64,000 nt of DNA, taken from an uncultured Acidobacteriota bacterium (lineage in GTDB: Bacteria > Acidobacteriota > Thermoanaerobaculia > Multivoradales > JAHEKO01). The stretch covers positions 490,778 to 554,777 of the forward strand of contig CAVQNG010000005.1 in assembly GCA_963713825.1 (NCBI GenBank), in the 5' to 3' direction. Position 1 is the stretch's first letter. Every line of letters begins with the position of its first letter. A program made the position numbers and the translations under genes. The notes under the pieces were generated by a model. The model did no database searches. It saw only the letters and a list, made by a program, of their open reading frames with translations, and was not told where the DNA came from. Positions 17,757 through 27,826 of this stretch are shown here, piece by piece.

Positions 17757-19337
17757 CTATGGTGCCAGCCAAGCGAGCGGTCGAATCTGCCCCAGATCCT
17801 GCTCCGCGGCCATCCTCTCCAACATCTCATGATCCACTTGGTACAACCTCCAGAACCCCTCTCTCGTGACCGGAACCAACGCTGGGACCAGCGCAACATT
17901 TTCGTGGTTCTCTGCGCTTCCGTTGGCCAAGACCACATCGAACCAGGCCAGATCGCTCAGCTTCAGGTTCCACGGCTCCCATTCGAGGTTGTGGGTCCAG
18001 GCGTGGCTGTAGGTTTCCTTGAACACCACCGGCATCGGGGCGAAGTTGGCGAAGGAGAAGGCGAGCGTCCCGCCGCCGCGCACCTGGGCGTAGGCAGGGA
18101 GCTGCAGAAAGGGCAGCCGCTTGATCACCTGGCTTCGTTGCTGCGTCTCGATGCCGAGAACTCGTGACTGCGGCGGTACCTGCTCCAGCGCCTGCTCGAA
18201 GCCCGAGAGCTCGTGACGCTCGTAGAAGCTCCAGAGGATGGCCAGCATCGCGACGAACAGAAGGGCGACGGCTGAGGTCCCGATTCGGGCGAGCGAGGGC
18301 TTGATTCTCGGTGCCGGTGCGGCCAGGACCAGCAGCACCAGCGCCGGTGCCGTCCACCGTTGCGCGAATTCGGTCGTCTGGTGGTAGAGATTGGGGAGCG
18401 CCAGTGCTGCGAGGAACAGCATCGATCCTGCGAGCGCGAGGGCCCCGTCACCCTCTTCTCGGAGGCTCTTGCGGTTCTGGACCAGCCCCACCGCGACCCA
18501 TAACAGGATCAGTCCGAGCATAACGATTTCCGTGGGGCCTCTGACCCCACCGAAGCCCGTGTTCACCAACCAGCTCGGATTCAGTCGTTGCCAAGGCATG
18601 GGAGCCCAGTCCACCGGAGACGTGAACTGCAGCTTCTCCAGGTTTCCGTACCAGAGGGCTGCAAGGACCAGTACTGGGGCCACAGCCGCGAATCGCCTCA
18701 GGCGTCGCTTCCGAAGAGGCAAGCGAGCCGCCACATCGTGGACCACCAACCAGATGAACCCGGCCACCAGCCAAAGGGCGTGGCTGAAATAGAGCAGCAG
18801 GAATCCCAGCAGCAGTTTCCACTCGGAGCGCTTTTCGGCCGGCTGGGTCGTCAGGTGGATCCACAAGAGAAACACCGGCAACCCGACTACGAAGGGAGCG
18901 AACCCCCAGTACATCGAGAGGCTGAAGAAGAAGAGGGATGCCAAGACCGCCGACGAGATGCTCCGCCCGCGGCTGGCCGCCAGCGCGTGGATCCCACCTG
19001 CCCAGGCCATTCCGAACAGCGCCATCCCGATCAGGCCGACCTTCATCGGCTCCACGAGCTTCCAGAGAGCCCCGAACACCAGATAGGCGATCCAGTAGGG
19101 CGTCAGCCACTGGACGCGATAGACCGAATCGGGATTCCCGAGGGTCTCGAAGAACAACCGCACCTGCGCCACATGCTGCGGCAAGTCCGCCGATGGAGGA
19201 ACATCCACCGCCAGAAACGGCACCACCATCAGTCCCATCGCCAGCAGCGCAAACCACAGCCTCGCTGAGTTCAGCTGCGCCCGAAGCGGCCGGCGCCCCT
19301 GCCGGCCGGGGTGTGCGCGGGATTGGTCAGGTCCCAT
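17757..19337 (-). CDS. Polytopic membrane protein, possible GT-C glycosyltransferase; true start may be downstream of 19337
   Basis: Many TM segments, DLPQH motif after the first helix, soluble C-terminal domain. Confidence 0.6.
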   Translation of the reverse strand: MGPDQSRAHPGRQGRRPLRAQLNSARLWFALLAMGLMVVPFLAVDVPPSADLPQHVAQVRLFFETLGNPDSVYRVQWLTPYWIAYLVFGALWKLVEPMKVGLIGMALFGMAWAGGIHALAASRGRSISSAVLASLFFFSLSMYWGFAPFVVGLPVFLLWIHLTTQPAEKRSEWKLLLGFLLLYFSHALWLVAGFIWLVVHDVAARLPLRKRRLRRFAAVAPVLVLAALWYGNLEKLQFTSPVDWAPMPWQRLNPSWLVNTGFGGVRGPTEIVMLGLILLWVAVGLVQNRKSLREEGDGALALAGSMLFLAALALPNLYHQTTEFAQRWTAPALVLLVLAAPAPRIKPSLARIGTSAVALLFVAMLAILWSFYERHELSGFEQALEQVPPQSRVLGIETQQRSQVIKRLPFLQLPAYAQVRGGGTLAFSFANFAPMPVVFKETYSHAWTHNLEWEPWNLKLSDLAWFDVVLANGSAENHENVALVPALVPVTREGFWRLYQVDHEMLERMAAEQDLGQIRPLAWLAP

Positions 19338-19530
19338 GTCGCGACTCTGGCGTATGCAGTCCGTGCTGGGTGGGGGATGTAGGGGCGGGGCTTGTCCCCG
19401 CCCGCGGACGCCCCTGCCGGCCGTTTGTCACTTTGGCCTGTGAGATGTCCTTTTTGGGTGCTAAGTGGTGTTTTTTGGACGGTGAGCTGTCATTGTTTGC
19501 TGCAGCGGCCGGCGCCCCTGCCGGCCGGGG
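19284..19530. repeat. Second REP-like family GCGGCCGGCGCCCCTGCCGGCCG (copies at ~19286, 19505; also ~10790, 13280, 17620, 17695, 47021, 55166)
   Basis: Recurrent ~23-bp imperfect palindrome. Confidence 0.75.
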
Positions 19531-19666
19531 AGTGTGGGGGTGCCCGGATCCGTGCCGGCCTTCCAACGACGAACTCGAATTGTCAGCTCCCATGCCGCCC
19601 CGACTCTAGCGCATGGCGGTTGGGTTGGGAGGGGGATGTAGGGGCGGGGCTTGCCCCCGCCCGCTG

Positions 19667-20086
19667 TCATGCATCTGCCGGCAGGATCCGAAACGGCTTC
19701 CCGCCAGCACCTCTCAGCGCCCGGAAGTGCCTGTGATCGAGCGTCAAGAGGTCGAGGACGTTTTGCTTCTCCGACAACACGACGATCGATGCATCGGCCA
19801 AGCCGATCCCCAGATCGGAGTACTGCTCGATGATCTCTCTAGCACGCTTGATGTCTGCGAGTTCGAAGGGAGCAAGATCATAGGCCCCACGCTCGACTTC
19901 TCGAAGAAGAGTGAGCTCTTTGGGGATACCCGCGAGCTTGGTAACCAGGTAGTCCAGCTCGGCGAGAACGAAGGGAGACAGAAACAAGAGTCCTTTGTTC
20001 TTGGTGAGAACCTTGGCGCAGTCTTTATGGCTGCGTTGGTCAGGAGATAGGGCGGCGAGCAATCCGCAGGAGTCGACCAGCATCAT
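19667..20086 (-). CDS. vapC: PIN-domain toxin VapC
   Basis: LVDS...LAELDY...LADASIV...LTLDHRHF acidic PIN residues. Confidence 0.9.
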   Translation of the reverse strand: MMLVDSCGLLAALSPDQRSHKDCAKVLTKNKGLLFLSPFVLAELDYLVTKLAGIPKELTLLREVERGAYDLAPFELADIKRAREIIEQYSDLGIGLADASIVVLSEKQNVLDLLTLDHRHFRALRGAGGKPFRILPADA

Positions 20087-20319
20087 GACTCGCCGAAGCC
20101 CTCGAGCAGCTCGTCCACGCGTTCTGCGGCAGTAGGATCGCCCAGGCCTTCCGAGAACAGTGGAATCGTGGGCTTGGGCCTTGGGCGTTGGTCGACAGCT
20201 CGCTGAATCGCAGCACGAATGATCTCCGCTTCGGAGCGCTTCTCCTCGGCGGCCATCTTCTCGAGATCTGCCTTCAGAGCTTCAGGGAGGTAAACCGTCG
20301 TCTTGATCATGCCATACAT
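20083..20319 (-). CDS. vapB: CopG/ribbon-helix-helix antitoxin VapB
   Basis: KTTVYLP...SEAEIIRAAI; 4-bp overlap with the toxin gene. Confidence 0.88.
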   Translation of the reverse strand: MYGMIKTTVYLPEALKADLEKMAAEEKRSEAEIIRAAIQRAVDQRPRPKPTIPLFSEGLGDPTAAERVDELLEGFGES

Positions 20320-20671
20320 TATGCCATACCTCGAAAGTCATTGATTCCGTTGCTATTTGTCAGCCATCACTGGTAGAGATGACGGGAAGTCGATGGAGGT
20401 TCTTGCAGACCATCTTGTGCAGGGCGGAACGTAGAGGAGGGGCTTGCCCCCTCCCACGGGCGCCCGCAAGGGGCGCCCCTACATTTGGCCGTCATGGATG
20501 GGAATGGGCGGGGAATGTAGGGGAGGGCCTTGCGCCCTCCCGGGGTGCCCCCTTGTGATCCCATTCCTTCGGGTGGGTCCGGATCCTGCCCTTTTAGGGC
20601 TTGGGTCCAGGGGGTCGGCCGGATACCATAGGCGCGGCCTCGGAGTCGAGGCCGTCTCTAGGAGGATTCCA

Positions 20672-21928
20672 ATGACTCGAATTCGCATTCCCATGGCCTT
20701 TCTGGCCCTCCTCGTTGCCCTGACGGCAGTGCCTGCAATGGGTGACGAGATCGACAAGCCCTACCGAATGGAGATCGGCGACCCGGCTCGCAAGACCCAG
20801 AAGGCCGACCTCGTCCTGGACGCCATCACCGACACTCGCACGGGTGAGCTTCTGAGCCCCGCACAGCTGGCCGACAGGCTGGCCGACAAGCGCATCGTGT
20901 TCATGGGCGAGAGCCACACCGACATCTTCTTTCACCGCTCCCAGTTCCAGATCATCGAGGCCCTGCAGAACGCCGGCCGCGAGGTCCTGATCGGCCTCGA
21001 GATGTACCCCTACACCAAGCAGGAGTTGCTGGATAACTGGGTGGCCGGCCGCTACACCGAAGAGGGCTTCCTCGAGATCTCGCAGTGGTACGAGGCCTGG
21101 GGCTACCACTGGGACTACTACCGCTCCATCTTCATGTTCGCGCAGGAGCACGGCCTCCCCATGTACGCCCTCAATACTCCGCGCGAGATCATCGCGGCAG
21201 TCCGCAAGAAGGGCTTCGACGAGCTGACCGAAGAAGAGAAGGCTCAGATGCCGCCCGACATCGACACCGACAACGCGGACCACCTCGAGCTCTTCAAGGC
21301 CTTCTTCGAAGGCGAGGACTTCCACTCCTCGATGACCGATGAGCAGTGGATGGGAATGTTCTCCGCCCAGTGCACCTGGGACGCCACCTTCGGCAACAAC
21401 GCCCTCAAAGCCCTGGAGAAGCACCCCGATCCCAACGCGATCCTCGTGGTCCTCGTGGGCTCCGGCCACGTCACCTACGACTTAGGGATACAGCGCCAGA
21501 TCGCCCAGTGGGAGCAGGTACCCATGGCCACCGTGATTCCCATCAATGTCGTGGACGGTGACGGTGTTGCCATCCCCCAGGTGCAGGCTTCCTACGCCGA
21601 CTTCCTGTGGGGCATGCCGCCTGTGACCGACCCGATCTACCCGACGATCGGACTTTCTACTCGCAGCACAGGTGACGAAGGCCAACGCACCGTGATTTTC
21701 ATCAGTGAGGAATCAGTGGCTGAGCGGGCTGGGTTTCAGATGGGCGACGTGCTTCTCGAGTTCGACGGCCAGCCTCTTCCTGACAAGGCGACTTTCTCCA
21801 ACTTGATGGCGGGCATGATGTGGGGTGACAGGGCCGTGATCAAGGTGCGCAGGGGAGAGGAAGAGATAGACCTGGATGTGGCCTTTCGTCGAGCTCTTGC
21901 TGAATCAGATTCCGGCGATGTTCAGTGA
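20672..21928 (+). CDS. ChaN/PhuW-like (heme/iron uptake) protein with C-terminal PDZ domain
   Basis: Signal peptide, IVFMGESH, IGLEM, VLVGSGHV; AERAGFQMGDVLLEFDG PDZ; AGGAGG RBS. Confidence 0.8.
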   Translation: MTRIRIPMAFLALLVALTAVPAMGDEIDKPYRMEIGDPARKTQKADLVLDAITDTRTGELLSPAQLADRLADKRIVFMGESHTDIFFHRSQFQIIEALQNAGREVLIGLEMYPYTKQELLDNWVAGRYTEEGFLEISQWYEAWGYHWDYYRSIFMFAQEHGLPMYALNTPREIIAAVRKKGFDELTEEEKAQMPPDIDTDNADHLELFKAFFEGEDFHSSMTDEQWMGMFSAQCTWDATFGNNALKALEKHPDPNAILVVLVGSGHVTYDLGIQRQIAQWEQVPMATVIPINVVDGDGVAIPQVQASYADFLWGMPPVTDPIYPTIGLSTRSTGDEGQRTVIFISEESVAERAGFQMGDVLLEFDGQPLPDKATFSNLMAGMMWGDRAVIKVRRGEEEIDLDVAFRRALAESDSGDVQ

Positions 21929-22036
21929 GGCCTCTCTCCCGATAGAGGATTTCCATTCGGTAGGACTCGGGGTCAGAGATCAGCTGGCCCTTTTCCTTTC
22001 TGACGTGACCCGGACTTAAAGCAAGAAACGCACCCA

Positions 22037-25000
22037 GTGATGAAGGCAGCTGTCTACATTCTCTTCCTGTTATCGGGCGCCTGCGGCCTGGTGTACGAAG
22101 TCGTCTGGTCTCGGATGCTGACCCAGATCTTCGGCAGCACGGTGATCGCCGTTGGGACTGTGCTGGCAGCATTCATGTGTGGCTTGGCCCTAGGAAGCTA
22201 TGCCCTGGGCAAGCGTGGAGACAGGAGCTCCAACCCTCTTCGGCTATACGCCTCCTATGAGCTGGGGATCGGTGCTTCGGCACTGGTCTCCACGCTTTTG
22301 ATGGGTAGAGTGGAGTGGCTGTATCTGTGGTTGTACGGGGTGGCAGGTGGATCGGCGGCACTTTTTGGTGCTCTTCGATTCGTGTTGGCTTTCGGCCTGG
22401 TCTTCGTTCCCACCTTCCTCATGGGCGCAACGCTGCCGCTCTTGGCCAGATTCGTAATCACGCGGCTTTCGACGGTCGGGACTCATCTCAGCACGCTGTA
22501 TGCGATCAACACGGTCGGAGCCGTGGCAGGCAGCACGGCGGCCGGGTTCTATTTGATCGGTACCTTTGGGATTCATCGATCGGTGTTCTTGGCGGTTGTC
22601 TGCAATCTCGGAATTGGTCTTATCGCTTGGATCATGTCAGCGAGACCTGGCGACGAAGAGATGGAGGTCCCGTCTCAGGCCATCGACAGTTCTCCACCGG
22701 TGGTCTCTTCACCAGGGGAGCGACCGGACGAAAGCGCCAGGGTACTTCTCTGGGCCTTCGGCCTAGCCGGTTTCACGTCGTTCGCCTACGAGATCTTCTG
22801 GACCCGCTCGCTGGTCCATCTGCTTGGCAACTCAACTTACGCCTTCACGATGATGCTTTCGGCGTTCCTGATTGGGATCGCTCTTGGTGGATACCTCATT
22901 CGCTTTGTCATCGGTCGAATCTCGGACCGCTTGAAGTGGTTCGCCGGGCTTCAGCTTCTGATTGGCCTCTCTTCTGCTGCGGCCCTACCGGTAATGTTCT
23001 CGATCCTCGAGTCCGAGGCGTTGTCTGGATTCCTGTTGAGGATGTCGAACGACCTTGGGGCGCTCATGGTGTCGCGCTTCGTGACAGCGCTGCTGATCAT
23101 GTTGGTCCCAGCTACCATGATCGGTGCCTTGTTCCCGTTGGTGGGGAGCATCTATGTCCAGGACTTGAGGCGAACCGGTTCCGATGTGGGTAAGTTGTAT
23201 GCCGTCAACACAATCGGCAACGTGTTCGGAGCCCTGGCACCGGGTTTCGTCCTACTTCCGATCTTCGGAATCCAGAAGGGCATCGTCCTGATGGCTGCCC
23301 TCAATGTGTCGATTGGCCTCTACGTGTTTCTTCTCGGCAGCAAGAGTGCCGCGAGGCTTCGATACGGAGTCCCAGTCCTGTTTCTGCTTGCTGTTGTGGT
23401 GCTGTCTAGAGCAGATTTCGATTTCCGGTTCCCAGCCGAGCATGAGACGCCCAACGACAGGGTTCTCTACTATCGGGAGGGAGTCTCAGGCACAACCAAG
23501 GTGTTCGAGGAGCCCAGTACCGGCGAAAAGAGGATGGCCATCGATGGCATCGTGATCGGCGGGACTGAGTTCACCGATTACAAACAACAGATTCTGGCTC
23601 ACTTGCCCAAGCTGCTCTTGAAGGAGTTCGATTCGGAGCTCTCAGTTGGCCTGGGCTCAGGGATACTGCTTGGAGAGAGCCTTCGCCACCACGGCCTGGA
23701 GAGGCTCGTCTGTCTGGAAATCGAGCCGAGCGTACTGGAAGGGGCTGCATACTTCGAAGAGGAGAACTACGGAGTCCTGGACGATCCGCGAGTCGAGATC
23801 GTCATCGATGATGCCAGCAACTACCTACGAACGACTGCCGAGGAGTTCGACATTATCTCGGCGGACGAGAAGACCGCTGACAAGTACGCTTCCAACGGGT
23901 TCTCGTACTCGAGCGATTACTATCACCAGCTGAGGGAGCACCTCTCCCCGAACGGTCTGGTCGTGCAGTGGATACCCAACCATATCCCGGCAAGCCAGTA
24001 CCGGATGGTGCTCAGGACCTTCGCCGAGTCGTTCCCCCACGTTACCGTCTGGTACTTTCCGCCAGCTGGAAAGGGAGGGCCAGCGAACACGATCGTGACA
24101 GGGTCTGTTCAAGAGCTCGAGATCGACTTGAACTGGATGAACAAAGTCCTGCAGGACGATCCGGAGGCGTTCGACGGCTGGAGGAAATACGGAATAGCCA
24201 ATGGCGAGGAGATCCTGGCGCACTACATTTCAGACAGGTCAGCTGTTCTCAATGCCACGATCGGTGCCAAGGAGAACACTCTAGAGCACCCCTACTACGA
24301 GTTCTATTCGCCAAGGGACTACTCGACATCCGTCAATGCGAGAACGCTGGAAAGTCATGACTTCTTGATGATCTTGCGCGCGGCAGATGGGCCTGATGGT
24401 CTTGCGCAGCGTCTCCCAGGACCTGTGGGCCCGAGATTGAGTGCGGCCATCGAGGCAGAGTACGAGTTCCTCTTGGGTTTGAGGAAGGAGTTGCAAGCGA
24501 GGCCACACGAAGAGGTCGCTGCCGCTTTCGAAGCCGCACTGACCATTGCGCCCTGGAACGCGAACCTTCGCAGCCAGATTCTCTCCTACCTTTGGACCGA
24601 AGCCGGAAATGCCTTCTTGGCTGGCGATTTTGCGTGGGCTCTGGACCGGATGCGCGAAGCGGCCGAGGTCTACCCCGAGAATGGAGAAGTCCGGTACTAC
24701 TACGGGCTCACCCTCTTGAACACTGGGCAGCCTGAGCAGGCGATCCAAGAGATGAAGGATGCGATTCTCCGCAACCCCAGGTTGATCGCTCCTCGACGTC
24801 ATCTTGCCTCGCAGTATCTGGCCAACGGTAGGTTCGAGGACGCCGCGATTCAACTGCAGGGTGTTCTTGTCATCGACCCTGAGGACCTCTTCTCTTTGGT
24901 GACGTACGCTGCATTGTTGGCGGAGAAACAGGCTGACTTTGCGGCGGCCGGACGACACCTGGAAGTGGCGGAGCAACTTGCCCCTGGCGACCCGTCGGTG

Positions 25001-25141
25001 ATCGATGCGCGAGCCTGGGTCGCCCATCTGAGTGGAGACCGGAACGAGGCTCGCCGAATTGTCGAGGAGGGTGGTAGCTACTACTTGAGCGATGCCTTGT
25101 TCGAGCAACGTCGGAAGGCGATCTTGGGAGGAGCACCATGA
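22037..25141 (+). CDS. Fused membrane domain/spermidine synthase-like protein with C-terminal TPRs
   Basis: SGACGLVYEVVW, LYAINTVGA, VGLGSG SAM-binding motif, LEIEP, TPR tail. Confidence 0.88.
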   Translation: MMKAAVYILFLLSGACGLVYEVVWSRMLTQIFGSTVIAVGTVLAAFMCGLALGSYALGKRGDRSSNPLRLYASYELGIGASALVSTLLMGRVEWLYLWLYGVAGGSAALFGALRFVLAFGLVFVPTFLMGATLPLLARFVITRLSTVGTHLSTLYAINTVGAVAGSTAAGFYLIGTFGIHRSVFLAVVCNLGIGLIAWIMSARPGDEEMEVPSQAIDSSPPVVSSPGERPDESARVLLWAFGLAGFTSFAYEIFWTRSLVHLLGNSTYAFTMMLSAFLIGIALGGYLIRFVIGRISDRLKWFAGLQLLIGLSSAAALPVMFSILESEALSGFLLRMSNDLGALMVSRFVTALLIMLVPATMIGALFPLVGSIYVQDLRRTGSDVGKLYAVNTIGNVFGALAPGFVLLPIFGIQKGIVLMAALNVSIGLYVFLLGSKSAARLRYGVPVLFLLAVVVLSRADFDFRFPAEHETPNDRVLYYREGVSGTTKVFEEPSTGEKRMAIDGIVIGGTEFTDYKQQILAHLPKLLLKEFDSELSVGLGSGILLGESLRHHGLERLVCLEIEPSVLEGAAYFEEENYGVLDDPRVEIVIDDASNYLRTTAEEFDIISADEKTADKYASNGFSYSSDYYHQLREHLSPNGLVVQWIPNHIPASQYRMVLRTFAESFPHVTVWYFPPAGKGGPANTIVTGSVQELEIDLNWMNKVLQDDPEAFDGWRKYGIANGEEILAHYISDRSAVLNATIGAKENTLEHPYYEFYSPRDYSTSVNARTLESHDFLMILRAADGPDGLAQRLPGPVGPRLSAAIEAEYEFLLGLRKELQARPHEEVAAAFEAALTIAPWNANLRSQILSYLWTEAGNAFLAGDFAWALDRMREAAEVYPENGEVRYYYGLTLLNTGQPEQAIQEMKDAILRNPRLIAPRRHLASQYLANGRFEDAAIQLQGVLVIDPEDLFSLVTYAALLAEKQADFAAAGRHLEVAEQLAPGDPSVIDARAWVAHLSGDRNEARRIVEEGGSYYLSDALFEQRRKAILGGAP

Positions 25142-26874
25142 GAACTGTCCGGGTCGTTGGTGCCGCCTTGGTGGCTCTCTTGGCGCTGGTGGTATACGCC
25201 AATACCCTGCTCAATGGCCTCCACGTCGACGATCAGCAGCAGATCGTCGACAACCCGTGGATCCGCGACCCCACCGCCCTTGGCGAGATCTTCACGTCAG
25301 GCGTCTGGGACCACGCAGGCCGGGTCTCCAGCTATTACCGACCCGGGATGTTCCTGCTCTACATGGGTACGTTTCTGCTCTTCGGATTGCAGCCCTGGGC
25401 CTTTCATCTGCTCAACGTGACTCTTCACGTAGGGGCGTCAGTCCTGGTGTACCTGATCGTCTGGCGGTTGTCGTTTCAAAATCAGGACCCACATGCCGAC
25501 CCAGACCAAGGGAAACAGTCGCTGGTCGCGATGCCATCTCTGGCTGCTGGAGCGCTTTTCGCGACTCATCCCATTCACACAGAGTCCGTGGCCTGGGCCG
25601 CAGGGGTCACGGATGTCTCGTTCAGTCTCTTCTTCTTGCTGGCGCTGTACCTGTATATCAATTCTCGACAAACCTGGATCTCTATCATCGCTTCAGCGGT
25701 CGCGTTCTTCGCTGCTCTCTTATGCAAGGAACCGGCGATCACACTACCGGTGGTGCTAGTCGCCTACGATCTCTTCTTACGCCGCGAGAAGTTCTCGCTC
25801 GGTCGCTGTGCTCTGCGGCAGGTGCCATACGTTGCAGCCATCGCCATCTACATGGTGTTGCGAGTCCAGGCCTTGGGAGGCTTTGCGCCGGTGAGCACCG
25901 AGGCCTCATTCACGTTGTACCACTACGTGATCAACGTCATGGCCCTGTTCTCGCGCTACCTCGAGGCTCTGGTCTTGCCTCTGAATCTCAACTTCTGGCA
26001 TATCTTCCGACCGGTTACGAGCCTGGCCTCGCCTACCGGGATCAAGTCCATATTGGTGGTTTCCGCCTTTCTGGGTCTTGCCTTGCTCGCATGGAGAAAG
26101 AGCCGAGCCGCTCTGTTCGGATTGACTCTGCTGGTCGTACCTCTGCTACCTTCATTCCATGTGTCAGCCCTGAACCAGGGACTCGAGAACGCTTTCGCCG
26201 AGCGTTACCTCTACCTGCCTTCCGTCGGCTTTGTGATCGTGATTGCAGCGTTTCTCGCCTGGGTCAGCATCAACCGACCCCAGTGGAGACGCTTGCTGAT
26301 CGTGATGGTTGCCGTTGTTGTCGTCGCCTACTCGGTGACGACAATTCGCCGGAATGTAGTATGGAAGGACGCGTTCAGCCTCTGGTCGGACGCGATCAGC
26401 AAATCACCTCAGAGTGCCGTGGTGCAGATGAACTACGGGTTTTCCCTCATTGGCCGGGGCGAGGTGAGCGCCGGGCGCGAGCATCTCGAGAAGGCTCGAG
26501 AGCTCGATCCCGCCCGAGTCGACCTCAAGATCCAGAATGGCATCGCCTATGCCGGTCGCGGCAATATCAAACAGGCGATCCTGGAACTCAGTGCAGCCCT
26601 GGAGCTCGACCCCCAGTCGGTGATGGCTCACTACAACATCGCAATTCTGTTCGAGAAACTGGGCTGGATGGACGAGGCGATCCAGCACTACGAAAAGGCC
26701 CTCGCTCTGGCGCCGGACTTCGCTGATGCCCACAACAATCTGGGCATCCTGTTTGCTGAAGATGGAGATCTGGTGAATGCAGGGCTTCACTTCGAGACAG
26801 CCGTACGACTCGATAGCACCCATCCCGAGTACCGGGCCAACCTCGAGCGGCTCCGGAGCCTGGAAGGTCGGTAG
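25138..26874 (+). CDS. TMTC-like GT-C glycosyltransferase with TPR repeats
   Basis: VDD..IVDNP, YYRP, HPIHTESVAW, CKE, AERYLYLPS, AHNNLG TPRs. Confidence 0.88.
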   Translation: MRTVRVVGAALVALLALVVYANTLLNGLHVDDQQQIVDNPWIRDPTALGEIFTSGVWDHAGRVSSYYRPGMFLLYMGTFLLFGLQPWAFHLLNVTLHVGASVLVYLIVWRLSFQNQDPHADPDQGKQSLVAMPSLAAGALFATHPIHTESVAWAAGVTDVSFSLFFLLALYLYINSRQTWISIIASAVAFFAALLCKEPAITLPVVLVAYDLFLRREKFSLGRCALRQVPYVAAIAIYMVLRVQALGGFAPVSTEASFTLYHYVINVMALFSRYLEALVLPLNLNFWHIFRPVTSLASPTGIKSILVVSAFLGLALLAWRKSRAALFGLTLLVVPLLPSFHVSALNQGLENAFAERYLYLPSVGFVIVIAAFLAWVSINRPQWRRLLIVMVAVVVVAYSVTTIRRNVVWKDAFSLWSDAISKSPQSAVVQMNYGFSLIGRGEVSAGREHLEKARELDPARVDLKIQNGIAYAGRGNIKQAILELSAALELDPQSVMAHYNIAILFEKLGWMDEAIQHYEKALALAPDFADAHNNLGILFAEDGDLVNAGLHFETAVRLDSTHPEYRANLERLRSLEGR

Positions 26875-26913
26875 AGAACAGGGCAGCAGTCAGGCCAAGT
26901 AGCTGTTGGGCCT

Positions 26914-27819
26914 CTACTGGACGATCTCGAATCGCTGCACCCGGTTATTTCCCCGATCCGCAACGAACAGGTAGTCGCCACTGGTGGCCAGGCCGGTGGG
27001 ATAGCGAAGGAAGCCCTCTCTCCAACCGAGCTGCGACTGGCGACCTTCGAACGAGCCGTTCTGGCCGACGATGACGATGCCGCCGCCGGACTTGTCGGCG
27101 AGGTACAGATGCCCCCAGGTATCCGCGGCGATGGCCGTAGGAAAGGCCATATCTTCTGTCATGGGCTCAGTCACGGCCGCCAAGATCTCATCGTCCTTCG
27201 AGGCGGAGAAGACCTGTTTGTTGCTGGTGTCGATGGCGAAGAGGACGCCTGTCGAGGTGACCGTCAAATCGGAGAGAAATCCGACCTCTGGCGGGAACGC
27301 TATCTGACGCACGACGGCGCCTCCGGGATCCAGGACCACGATCTTGCCTGCAGAGATATTCAGTAGGTAGAGATTGTCGCGGCTGTCGATCGCAAAGCTG
27401 CGGAGGATGGTCTCCTCCTGCCGGGAATCGACCGGTACCTCCACGAAGCTCTTGAACTCACCAGCAGCCGTCAGGCGGGCCAGGCGATGTGACTTACCAT
27501 CCAGCGCCAGAATCTCCCCTTTTGAATCGATACCGACCCGGATTGGAAAAGGCACTTGAGCCAGGCGAACTTCGTCCCGCGGCTTGAACCCTTCTTTGAG
27601 CTGGTCGAAAATCACCAATCGGCGATTGCCGGTGTCGGCTACCACCAGAACAGACTTGCCATCGGAAGCTACTCCCTCGGGCTTGTTGAGAGCGGCACCC
27701 ACTGCGTCGACATAGATCGCGTTCGTGGGTCGCAGGCGAACCGTTTGCGCGAGCGAGTGCGATGCGGTTACGACGGCCAGCGTCAGAGCTAAGAAGAGAA
27801 CTCGTTGGTTTCTCGGCAT
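26914..27819 (-). CDS. NHL-repeat beta-propeller protein
   Basis: Signal peptide, PEGVA..VVADTGNRRL, FVADRGNNRVQRF. Confidence 0.85.
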   Translation of the reverse strand: MPRNQRVLFLALTLAVVTASHSLAQTVRLRPTNAIYVDAVGAALNKPEGVASDGKSVLVVADTGNRRLVIFDQLKEGFKPRDEVRLAQVPFPIRVGIDSKGEILALDGKSHRLARLTAAGEFKSFVEVPVDSRQEETILRSFAIDSRDNLYLLNISAGKIVVLDPGGAVVRQIAFPPEVGFLSDLTVTSTGVLFAIDTSNKQVFSASKDDEILAAVTEPMTEDMAFPTAIAADTWGHLYLADKSGGGIVIVGQNGSFEGRQSQLGWREGFLRYPTGLATSGDYLFVADRGNNRVQRFEIVQ

Positions 27820-27826
27820 TACGGGG

